In this document: piece after piece, positions 26,746-40,910 of the stretch
How the letters are laid out: every line of letters begins with the position of its first letter
Position numbering within the stretch: the first letter of the stretch is position 1
Source: Perkinsus olseni
Lineage: Eukaryota
Reading direction: 5' to 3'
Length of the DNA: 61,901 nucleotides
Assembly: GCA_013115125.1 (NCBI GenBank)
Contig: JABANN010000022.1
Coordinates: 62,001-123,901, forward strand
Position numbers and translations under genes: made by a program
The notes under the pieces: model-generated
Seen by the model: the letters and a program-made list of their open reading frames with translations, nothing else
Told to the model about the DNA's origin: nothing
Database searches by the model: none

Positions 26746-28600
26746 CTACGCAACATGGCCTTCCTCTAATTTCCTTCGATAAAGCTCCTGTAATTCTGGA
26801 AGGAGCAACGCCTGCTAATCGAACAATTTCACGACAACGACGGTGGAGACCCCTTCCTACCTTAGTCATCCATCTCGAGGATTTGCTATGGCTGATCTTC
26901 GGTAGCCCACTGACGTACTCCAGCACCGGGAAGGCCTTCGCCCCTCGTGTGTGGAATGCCCTCAAAAGAGTGATGAATCGCTTGTTGTCGATATACTGAC
27001 AACGCACAAACCAGTGGAGAATTCTGAATCTTCCTATGGGCAGCCTCACTTCGGGACTAAGACGCTGGAGCGGTATTGATGCAACGTAGAGCCGTAGTTC
27101 GAGATAGCTGCGTATGAACTCATTGGCCGACTCCAGCCAGTCCTCTCGGCCCAAATCCATCACCTTATACTCGTAGAATATCGCCGCCTCTGAGGAAGTC
27201 GGCCGAGCTACGAAGAATGGAACGCATGCCTTAGCCCTACCTGCGAGCTCGAGGCTGCGTTCGGGTATTGACTCGGCGAATTCTCGGGAGACGTTTACCT
27301 GAATGTAGGCGGCAGCCACTGGGGCCTAGTTGTCGGAATTCAGCCCTGTGGCAAGAGAGCTGCTCAACGGGCCTAGGGAGGACGACGGACGAGAGGTTGC
27401 CATCAGAAGATGCCGACCTCAGCCTGGGTGACTTCGCCCGCTGTGTATTTCGCTTCCATAGCCTCCGAGTAGAGGACGAGGAAGGCCTGAGCGGGGACAC
27501 TTCTGGGTCGCTGTGGTAGAACACACACCTCCACGGCCCTGACGAAGGCTGCTTCTTCCGCTTGTTTCTGTTCGATATCTTCCCTCTCCTCAGCAGCAGT
27601 CAATCTTGCCCTGCAGACATCACCATCAGACAGGCCGTACCACACCTTGCCCTACTCGGCCTGGACCATCTCATCAATAACCGCAAACACATCGTTGTAG
27701 ATCTCTAGCAGCTCGGCTGAGTATATCTGAAATACTCGTGACAGGCATGGCCGACCTCCTCCCGCTCGATCCGTGCCTGTTCGAATTCCACGAACATATC
27801 ATCGAACTCCATCAGCTTGTCTGTTAGTTCGACCTTAAACGTCCGCAAACCTTGGCCGAAGTCGCTCTGAAACCGCAAAATCTAGCTGGTTGTAAGCTGC
27901 CGCTGCCACCTTCAACGCTGGTTCGATGTAGCCCGCTATGAGATTCATCTCTCTGTCGATGTCCTTCAGGAATGACTCGGCCTTTTCCTTCACTTCATCA
28001 GAAAACTGATACCTTCAACCCCACAAGAGACGTCCCAAGGATGCACCCCTCGTAGGCATTGCCGCACCTCTTTCCGTTGTAGCATAGGGAGGGCTCATCC
28101 TGAATGCCCCGGGCGGCCCGAACGACAGCCACCGGGAAGCCTTTAGGGTCGAACTGAACTCGTGACAGCGTATTGACCGCCTCGAGGGCCGGAAGCCTCA
28201 CGTTAGGGCGCGGGTCCAGGAGCTTGTGATAGTTCCGAGTTCGATATCCTTTATCACTCTGAACTTCACACATGTCGCAGAGCATACCCAGCATAGAGAG
28301 GAAGCGGGCCACCTGTAGAATACTCATGGAAGGTACTGCTGTAGCTGTCAAGTAGCTAATGCACGCCGGCGATCACTACGCAAAAGATTTCTCGCAAGAG
28401 TAGAACGATACGGCGAAGCCATCGGACCTGACCTTCTTGTATTCATCCTCCGCCATAGGGTCAGATGCAACGAATGGTAGACTCTCTTGGAGCTGAGCGC
28501 ATTCACGAAGTGAGGCGTAGTATGTCGTGGTGGTTTTGAAGCGAACAACGTCAGGCGTGCCTGTTATCTTCTCCTTTTTCTTGCCGCCCTTCTTTCCCAT
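26746..28600 (-). CDS. Protein of unknown function, multi-exon, largely helical, basic N-terminus
   Basis: MGKKGGKKKEKITGTPDVVRFK...; consecutive GT-AG-bounded exons (ARFLSMLGMLCDMCE; FDPKGFPVAVVRAARG; FFVARPTSSEAAIFYEYKVMDLGREDW; RFITLLRAFHTRGAKAFP) ending RRKLEEGHVA*. No family recognised. Confidence 0.7.
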
Positions 28601-28855
28601 ACTAAACCGGAAAGCCCCTTCGATGACCTCTTACCGATGAACCCGTGGCCTTCACAAACGCGACAACGATGGACGTATGAAATTTGTTAGCATGCATCAC
28701 CAAGCTCCATTCATCCGTTCACGGATGGCAGGCCACTTCAGGCCCCGACCGACTCCCTCGCTGCACTCGCCACCTCACCAACCACCTTCGATCGCTTAAT
28801 AGGGGGGTCCTGCCACGGCAGCACGGGATGCAAAGCCGAGGCTAATCAGAGAGCG

Positions 28856-29715
28856 TCACGCAGTCCATGACCATACATTAGGAATTCCTCCACTAGGTCG
28901 CTTCAGAGATTCGAGATTCTGTGAGGGACCGGAGATAGGGTTAGGAGAACAAGCCCGGACAGACCTCACCTGCTTCTCGACGGTTTTGGAGGGCTTCTGG
29001 TCAGTCGATCCGAAGCCCCCTTCGCCCCTTGTAGTTTCGTCGAGCTTCTCCACGAGCTGGGGAGCGAGAAAGAGAGACCCAACTCTGATCGTCTATCCAC
29101 ACTCTTACCTCCATAGTGATGCCCTTGCCGTCGAATCCGACGGCTTGCACGAGGCGATCACCTAGAAGGCAGTCGGAGAGCAGACCCAGTCGGCCTGGGC
29201 ACCTTCTTTGACAGTGTAAGCTTCATTTTTGATATTGTCAACGGCGGCAATGATCTCCCCTCGATATCCCTGGCAAGCACAGGAGGCAGAACTCAACCCG
29301 CAGACAGGAGCCCACCTGGTCGATAAGGCCGATGGAATTGGACAACCTTAGAGGGGTCTTTGAAATGGAGGACCTCGCCATCAGCAGCCACGACAATCCA
29401 GCTGAGGATGGCAGTACATGGAGGGCCATTCAGACCCTAGTACTCCCCTAAGGGCGAGCTTACTCCCATCTTTGCCATCGAAGGCGGCTGCCTTGATACC
29501 TAGCTTTATGAAGGCGGTCTCACCGGGCTGAATCGTCTGCTCCTTCACGACGAACAAGTCGAGGCCGGAATCACCAGCATGGAACGTCTTGTGCGAGGAG
29601 TAGCTGAAAGAGAGTGAAGAACCGCCGTAAGAAATAACCCCAAGGATCGCTGAAGCGAAGGCCCGACTCACTATTCGGCGGCCTTGGAGTCCAACGGAAG
29701 AATTTTCAAATGCAT
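28856..29715 (-). CDS. dut: Trimeric dUTPase, multi-exon
   Basis: MHLKILPLDSKAAE|YYSSHKTFHAGDSGLDLF (motif 1), ARSSISK (motif 2), GLIDQGYRGEI (motif 3), DRLVQ (motif 4), RGEGGFGSTD (motif 5); N-terminus resembles the apicomplexan type. Confidence 0.95.
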
Positions 29716-29914
29716 TACGGCAGAGTTGAAGCAGTAGAGGGCTGAGGAGGAGCCTCACAATGCTCACGTACCGCTATGGTCAAACTTTCCCCCATAAGGG
29801 TTTCTTCGGTTCATCAACGGTTTCGCAGCATCCTGCGCTGTGTCGTTGAGAAAATGTAAGCGAGCAAGACCTCAAGTATCAGCGCATGATGGCCTGTCTA
29901 CTTGCGAATTAAAG

Positions 29915-32900
29915 ATGCCTCTGGCGGACACCTTCAAGAGCAGCTTTCCCAACCCCGAGGACCATCCCATCTTTGCTGCTGTGAAGGACGGGTAATAGAC
30001 GCAGTCATCAGGCCGTAGTGCCCTCGGAGTCTCGCTAGACTTGTCCGCGTAGCTCCAGTCTAAAAGGACTGGGCAATTGCATTATACCTTCCGTGGTGGT
30101 GAATAAACGACTCCTCTGATGAGCCGCCGTGTAGTCGTGGTTGAACGACGTAGAATTCAGTTCAGTACCGCTCCTCGCCCTACTCACTGCATTCCACACC
30201 TGGCAGGCTGGTGGGAGACGTTCAGAAGGCGTTCGAAGCGAACAGGGCTCGAGTCCCAGTGGCCGCTGATCGGGACTCGAAGTCGGTCCTCCACATCGCA
30301 GCTAGTCTTGGAAGGGACGAGCTCATCCCTATGGTAGTGTAGGGGACGTGGAAGGCAAGGCAGCAGCAGCCGGGGGTCGCCCACCCGTAGATACTGGAAT
30401 ACGGAGTGGATGTGAACGCCCGAGACAAGGACGGCTGGACTCCGCTCCACCATGCTGCCTTCGTCAATCAATTTGATGTACTCTCGAACTCCGTGTGTGA
30501 GGGCCTTGACCGATGGGCCGCGTTTGTAGGCGATAGTGGCTCTATTGAAGTGCGGTGGAGATGTCCATAGGCAGAACAATCACGGCAGGACTCCGGTGGG
30601 GAGAGGGGGATTGCGGGCGGAGTTGAAGTGGCACCAATCGCTGAGCCACACGCGTTACTTTGAAATTGCAAGATAGAGGCACTAACCGGGCGTTGACGGT
30701 CGAGGCTCGTCGCTGGAAGTCATGGCAAGAGCGGTACTGCCGTCGCGGTGATGCCTAGGTCCATATAGCGGCTGAATGGGAGAATCTTGAGGTGCTCGAG
30801 ACGCTGTTGGAGGCGGGGGGCCCTGCCTCGATGACCATCGCTGATGAGCTCGGACGCACCCCCATGGAGTAGGTCGTCTCGGGGATAGAGCGAACAAGGG
30901 TCATATGTAACGGCAGATACGCCACGCCCGAAACGCGCAAGTCTTTGATGAAATATGTGGTGAAGTTTTCGAACATACCCAATCAGGGTAGGGACCCAAG
31001 GGAAGCACTACCATCTTGGTGTCGACAGCTGTTTCTTGGGGAGCATGTTCTCTTGATTCTTCAGGCGGGGCTGGGAAGGCGTCCGCCACTCGAGCGACAA
31101 CCATGGGTAAGTTCAGCGCTTCGGCTTGGTTTCTCTTGTGAACGACAATCGCGGGGCTCGAACCGGGGGGCTGCGGTTGATGCTACCCACTGACCCAGCT
31201 ACGTCTTGATACGTCCTTCCTGTAAACGAAGATCCCGGGCCTCGAGATATGGAACGCTCCTCAGGTACCTTCGATCTGGGCAAATTGCTATTAAAGGCCG
31301 CGCAGACCGGGAATATTCAGGCTATTGCGAATCTTATAGATCCCTCGGACAACAGTCAGCCGAAAGTGAACATCAACGACGCCATCGACAAAGTAAGCAC
31401 CGCTAGGATGATCAAGAGAGCGAAGAATCGGCGGTCAGGACGGCTGGACGCCACTCCACCACGCCACATTCATGAATCATGTTGATGTAGTACGGTATCT
31501 GCTAGAGAAGGGCGCGGATCCCAAAACCCCGAACAAGTATGCGCGTGGGGGCTCTCCTGTTCTGCCTTGGGGTCATCTCTGTAGATTTGGCCGGACTGTC
31601 GTCCACATCGCGGCGGAGTGGGAAAATGAAGAGGCCTTGGGCCTGGTGAGTTCCCGTCGATGTGACAATCGATCCTTTCATGCCACCGTAAACGGGGGAA
31701 GTGCAGTATTTGCCCGGTTGCAGATCCTGGACTACGTTGGGAAGGAAGCTAGCGCCCTAGTGTTGCTACCCGATGCCACTGAAAGGCTGGCTATTGAATA
31801 TGCGGCCAACGACGACATCAAAGCACTGCTGAAGGAGAAGGCAGTGACAACGGATGGCTCGACAGAAGGTAGGTTATTGGCACGGGAGTGTGTTTTAGGC
31901 TGCACACTCACCCTTTCAGAGTGTCCATCGGCGGCTGTCCAGGAGCAGAGTAATGATGAATGGGGGCTCAGCGAGCACTGTTGGGTGTCAGAAAACTCGG
32001 AGGAGAGCGAGTGGCAGAGCTGGGAGGTTGACCCGACCCAACTCGTCATTGAGGAGAAGGTTGGCAGCGGCATAACTGCTGATGTATTCCGTGGCACTTG
32101 GAGGGGTAGTGAAGTTTGATGATGGTGACGATCACCGAGTTGTCGAATTGTGAGGTACGGATGTAGCGATCAAGAAGATAAACTGGGACCCGAAGGAGTT
32201 CGAGTCCACCGAGGCTGCATTCCATCGGGAGCTGATGATCATGGCGAAGGTTAGAAGTTCTGCACTAATACCGGATGTGTGGAAGATATGCTCTCAGTGT
32301 CGGCATCCGAACCTAGTGTTGTTCATGGGAGCCGCCACCAGGACCGCGCCCTTGATGATGGTCTGCGAGTTCTGTGAAGGAGGAACTCTGTTCGATCTGG
32401 CGCATAACAAGCTACATGTAATGACGGCTGTCATCGCTCCTGTAGGACGGAAACATCAACCGTTAAAAGGTGGATATCTCTTGGCGACAGCGGCTGAAGA
32501 TGATGTTGGACATTGCAAAGGGGATGAACTATCTGCATACGTGTGACCCTCCGATAGTAGGCTGGGAGCTGCTCCTTGGCGGCCCGCGACACTCTGGAAA
32601 ATTTGCAGATTCACCGAGACTTGAAGTCACTGAATCTCCTCCTTGTCGAGAGGGTTGAAGACGAGTTTGACGCTCCTATTGTGAAGGTGGGAGGCAAGTG
32701 TGCCTTAGTTCTGGAGGCTATGCAACTCAGGTGGCGGACTTCGGTCTTTCTAAGCTCAAGGCATCGGCAACGCAGAACATGACGGCCCATGCTGGCACGT
32801 AGGATGGCTCTGTCGTGTGTGATGTCAGATGCATTCATATGGTCTTTGCATGGTAGGTATCACTGGATGGCTCCTGAGGTGCTGGATGGACAGTCGTATG

Positions 32901-33308
32901 ACGAGAAGGTCGACAGCTACAGCTATGCTATTGTTATGTACGAGGTCTTGTGCAGACTTATTCCTTACGAGGATACAGGTGAGCATCTTGAACGGAGTTC
33001 GGGGTGATTGGCTCATACCCCTCAGGGTTGCAGCCGCTACAGATCGCAATGGCCGTCAGCAGGGGTCAAAGGCCCGACACATCGCGGGTGTGGTAAATCG
33101 GTATTCTAATTTGGTTATCGTCTCATCGTCAGGCACCACGCGGCTGCCCACCACAGCTCATTGCCCTGATGGAAAGATGTTGGGCGGCGAAACCGGAAGA
33201 GCGGTCAGGGCTCCGCATTTTGCGATGGTCATTGTGAAGACTCTAATTCTCAGGCCCGGATTCGAATCCATCATTAGATCTCTGAAGAGTTTTAAAGTGG
33301 CTCCCTGA
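29915..33308 (+). CDS. Ankyrin-repeat tyrosine-kinase-like (TKL/MAP3K-type) protein kinase, multi-exon
   Basis: Ankyrin repeats (DKDGWTPLHHAA; GRTVVHIAAEWEN), then kinase motifs VGSGITADVFRGTWRG, VAIKKI, HPNLVLFMGA, IHRDLKSLNLLL, VADFGLSK, GTYHWMAPEV, KVDSYSYAIVMYE, RPGFESI. Confidence 0.9.
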
Positions 33309-33756
33309 ATCTACAGATGTTTTCACGTTCTACATGATGCACATCTTCATGTGAAACTAAGGTGTTCGATATGAATTTAACTCGTTGAGTTTTGCAGTCT
33401 GTGAGATGTCTAGAGACCGGCAGACTCTTCTCTCGGTCACGTGGACATGATAGTACGCGGCCAGAATTGGTAAATAATAGAGAGGAATTCAAGCATGTTA
33501 GACCGCAGTATGGTTCAATTAACATGCCGCAATGCTGCTGGGATACATCCGACTCAACGGATGCTTTTTCCTGTTGAGACGAGATTTATCTGTTCAGATA
33601 TCCTACTCAGGTGAAAGCACACACTGGGAACGCAATACGTACAGAGAGTGAGAAATAATAATCAATCAAAATCGCGACAACGTTGACAACACTGCCTCGA
33701 ACGATACTCTCCTCTCTAATCCAATCTCACATACACAAAAACTCTAACTCCGCTAT

Positions 33757-35262
<1,506 letters not shown>

Positions 35263-35522
35263 CTATGATTAAGACGACCCTATACAGCAGAAGGAACATC
35301 ACTACTCACATTGATTGAAAACCGCAACCCATACAAGGTGAAACCGAAAAACTTGGTGACCAACTGAAATATACCGAGGGCTTTGGAGCCATCAAAACAC
35401 GAAACATAAAACCCGGCTCACTATGAATACCATCGTGTCTACCACGCAACGATATGCCAGCCCAAACCACCAACGGCGGCAACCACTCATAACGTGCATG
35501 AAAAGGACGTCACTCGACCAAC

Positions 35523-38500
35523 TTATGCTGCCAGCCTGCGGAGCACGTACTGGAGAATACCGCCGTGCTTGAAGTAGCTCAGCTCCACTTCAGTGTCGAG
35601 GCGGACAATGACATCGAAAGAAGGCGTCTTAGGAGAGGTAGTCCGCACGGTAATCTTCTGCCCAACAGAGAGATCCCCGTTGTTCAAGTCGATCGAGAAT
35701 TGCTCACGACCATCGAGGCCCAGGGAGTCAGCGTCGACGCCTTCCGGAAATTGAAGAGGGAGGATACCCATTCCCACAAGGTTGGACCTAGCACAGACAA
35801 GATATACTTACATACCCACTGAACTTGAACGACAAAGTCCGGCAAGGAACACCCACGATCCTCACCTGTGAATCCTCTCGTAGCTCTTAGCGATAACAGC
35901 CCTAACTCCTTGAAGAGCTGGGCCCTTGGCAGCCCAGTCTCGACTGGAACCACTGCCATACTCAGAACCGGCGAGGACGATCAGCGAGCGACCTTCATTC
36001 ATGTACTTCTCGGCGGCGTCATAAACAAACATCTTCTCGCCAGTGGGCACGTACTCGGTCTTCGGTCCGACCTCCCCATCCATCAACTTATTGATAAGAC
36101 GTATATTAGCGAATGTGCCGCGCGCCATGACCAGATAGTTACCACGACGGGAACCGTACGAGTTGAAGTCGGCCGGCTGGACGCCATGTTCCATCAGGTA
36201 ACGACCCTGAACAACGAAGAAACTGCAAGTGCGACACCATCACACTAACAATGATGCCAAGAGCCCTCTCACTTACGCCAGGCGAGTTGGCAGTGATCTT
36301 CCCCGCGGGAGATATGTGATCGGTTGTTATAGAGTCTCCAACGTTCAACAGGCAGTAGGCGTTCTCGATAGACTCGATAGGAGCCGGATCGATCTCCGTC
36401 TGAAGAAAACCATGAAAACAGAACACCGCAAATATCAAATTACCGTCTGGAAAAATGGCGGGTTGGTGATGTACGTCGATCCTTCGGCCCAGGCAAATAG
36501 CTTCCCAGGAGGCGCCGCCAGCTGATTCCATCTCTTGTTAGCATGAAGCACATTCTTGTAGTTCTCGGTGAACATCTCAGGTAACACACAACTCCTCTCA
36601 ACTGCAGTCACCTCGTCAGTAGACGGCCAGATGTCGCGCAGGAAAACTGGCTTGCCCTCCGAATCCGTACCGAGAGGTTCCTTTTCGAAGTCGATCGTGA
36701 CCCGGCCAGCCAGGGCATAGGCAACAACAAGCGGTGGAGAGGCGAGATAGTTCCCTCTTGTCAGTGGATGCACACGACCTTCAAAGTTTCTGTTGCCTGA
36801 CAGCACGGCGGCAACGACGAGATCTCCATCAGTGATAGCCTGAGACACCTCTGGGTCCAAGTCGCCCGAGTTGCCAATACACGTCATACACCCAAATCCA
36901 GCCGTGTAGAAGCCGAGCTTCTCAAGATCTGTGAGCAGGTCGGCCTTCTTCAGGTAAGCATCAACAACACCCGATCCAGGAGAAAGAGATGTCTTGATAT
37001 AAGGGGCAACCTTCAGGCCCTTCTTCACGGCGTTCCTAGCGAGCATACCAGCACCAAGCATAACACCCGGGTTCGAAGTGTTGGTGCAAGAGGTGATGGC
37101 TGCGAGAACCAGCGAGCCATGAGTAAGATCATACTTCTTTCCATGATAGTCAATTGTCATGACGGTACTTTGCTTGTCTTTAGGGATGCCAAAGCCTTTG
37201 AATGAAGTCGGCGGCGTGCTAAGACCATCGATGAAGTCTTTCGGCAAGTCGGTGACAGCGACGCGATCATGCGGTCTCTTCGGGCCCGATACGCAGGGAA
37301 CCACCGTGGACAAGTCTAGCTGCATCAGCTCACCAGAATACTCGCGCTCCTCCGAGTAATCCTGGAAAAGACCATTAGCTCTGAGATACTTCTCGATCAC
37401 ATCAACCACATGCTTAGGTCGACCGGTCTGGAGGAGATAGTCCAGAGACTTCTGATCGACACCGAAGAAGCCCATAGTTCCACCGTACTCCGGAGCCATA
37501 TTAGCGATGGTGGCCCTGTCGGCAAGTGACAGAGTGGCGCAGCCTGGGCCGTGGAACTCGACGAACTTGCCAACAACTCCACGCTTTCTCAGCATGTTCG
37601 TGCAAGTCAGAACGAGATCAGTGGCGGTTGAAGTAACAGGGAGGCGACCAGTGAGTCTGAATCCGACGACCTCGGGCAGAACCATGGAGATGGGCTGGCC
37701 GAGCATCACTGCCTCGGCCTCGATACCACCCACACCCCAGCCTGCAACACCCAAACCGTCGATCATAGTCGTGTGGGAGTCAGTGCCAACAAGCGAATCG
37801 GGGTAGAGAACAGCACCGTCCTTGTTAGCGTTCATCACAACCCTGGCGAGGTACTCGAGGTTCACTTGATGTACAATGCCAGATCCAGGAGGGACGATAT
37901 TAGAGTTGTCGAAGGCCTCGGCTCCCCATTTGAGGAAGGCGAAGCGCTCACCATTGCGCTGAAACTCCAGCTCCTGGTTCTTCTCGAGAGCCTCAGGAGT
38001 TCGAGAATAGTCCACCATGACTGAGTGGTCGATGACCAAGTCGACAGGTACCAACGGATTGATCTTAGCTGGGTCACCACCAAGGCGAGCCATAGCGTCA
38101 CGCATAGCAGCGAAGTCCACCACCGCCGGGACTCCGGTGAAGTCCTGAAGGATGACTCGAGCAGGCTTGAAGGGGATCTCGGTCTGATTCTTAGAGGTTT
38201 CAGACCAATTCAGAATGTTCTCAACGTCAGACGACTTCACTTCGAACTCATCACAGTTGCGCACCGCGGACTCCAACAGAATACGGATCGACAGCGGCAG
38301 CTTGTTCACCCGCTCATCATCTGACAAAGAATCACTTGGGAGCGGATCGAGAAAGCTGGTACGTCAGACCTCGGGATGCAGTGTAACGACGATAACGAAC
38401 ACGATGGGAGTATATTGAAATAGCAACACGCCCAGAGAAGAAAGACTTACGAAGCTCATTGAGGTCATAAAATGCGTGACCGATGTCCAACTGCTTGTAG

Positions 38501-38743
38501 CACTTCTGAAAAGGGTTGGCCTGGCCTGGCATTTGGAGCGAAAGTTGCACTACGGCGGCAAAAAGGAGTTAAACACAGAAGTGCGCAACTTGTACCCGCG
38601 GGTTGGAAGAACAGACTTTCGTTAGGTTTATTACTGTTAATCCTAGCGTAAGTGAGTGTTGCAACTAGCGCTCGCCGACTCAATCGAAACTGCCGGGGAT
38701 GCACGCAGGCTAGAAACCTTCCGGGTGTGATCATACTGAGCAT
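35523..38743 (-). CDS. Aconitate hydratase, AcnA/IRP type (possible starts at 38743 or 38532), few introns
   Basis: [97 protein letters not shown]. Confidence 0.97.
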
Positions 38744-39435
38744 TAGAAGTTCATTCGTGTTGTGTGAACCGGAGGGTGCAGGGAAACGTCACAAACTGGA
38801 GAAGAAGTTGAGTTACACTGAAGGCGGGGCGAGCAAAGCGATACCCTTCGGCGTCATCGATTGCGGTACCAGGTGGTTCATTGTGTCGATCATGACCAGA
38901 AGTCGTCCAGATATCGGCCGGACTTGAGTAGAGACACGGAGTGGATGCGGGAAGGGCGTTGTGAGCTGATTAGTGCGAGCTGGCGACGTGTTGGCCCTCT
39001 GGCGGGTTTTACGCTCGAAATTCGAAGCAGCATCCGCCTATCGTGAAGCAGTCAGATTTTTCTGTGCAAGCCTTGCGTAGTTCAGCGACGGCAACATGAA
39101 AGAAGCCTCCTCGTTCGAGTCTGCAGAGCAAGGACTGCGAGTTGACGCCGTCGGAGAGCGAGGCACAGCATAGGGAGGTACTGGCCAAGGGTATGAACCC
39201 TGGGGGGTGGGTCTCGGCTCGGTACTTTCCAGTCGGGAGTTTACCGCCACCTTGACGCTCGAAATCTCTTACCTCTGCGAGGAACCACGCTTCCAGGCAC
39301 GAGTTTATCACCTAGGGCTAGATGTGGACGGTCGGCAGACAGTCGTCCAGCTCTGACACAAGGAATGTCCCCAATGGGACTGACCACCTTGCGTTGTGTG
39401 ATGAGACATGAGCGATTTGCTAAGCTATAGCTTAA

Positions 39436-40518
<1,083 letters not shown>

Positions 40519-40910
40519 GATGTTTCTTAATAGCATTCCTTCACCACTTCAACAACAATTGCGATTAGATCGCGCATCGGATAATTTGAGCTCTTCGGGC
40601 TCGATGTTTCGAAATATTTAATGCTGTTGTGTTCATGAATACTCCGGGTTGGCTGTGCTGGTGGTAGCGTTAGCTACATGAAGGTGGAAAGGAAGGGTTT
40701 CGCGCAGTGGTCGCTCATTATGGGGAAGTATTCTAAAGTATGCAGGTTTGGTAATGGGCTGGGCATTTTAGTGGTGTAGAGTGGGTGTGGTAGAGGAGGG
40801 TAGGGACACATAGTGCATGTACTTAGCTGAGCCACAGCTAGATCTCCGAACTGATGTGTCGCAAAAGTCTACTGCGTTGGAGATAGTTTTGGCGAGGCCG
40901 AAAAGCGAAA

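Noticed and set aside
29716-29814. Possible spliced N-terminal extension of dUTPase (MNRRNPYGGKFDHSALYCFNSAV)
   Set aside because: Needs a very short intron, has no clear targeting signature, and MHLKIL is already a family-typical start.
31150-31203. Minus-strand A-box/B-box-like motifs (GGTTCGAGCCC) in a kinase intron
   Set aside because: Spacing leaves no anticodon arm, and no acceptor stem forms.
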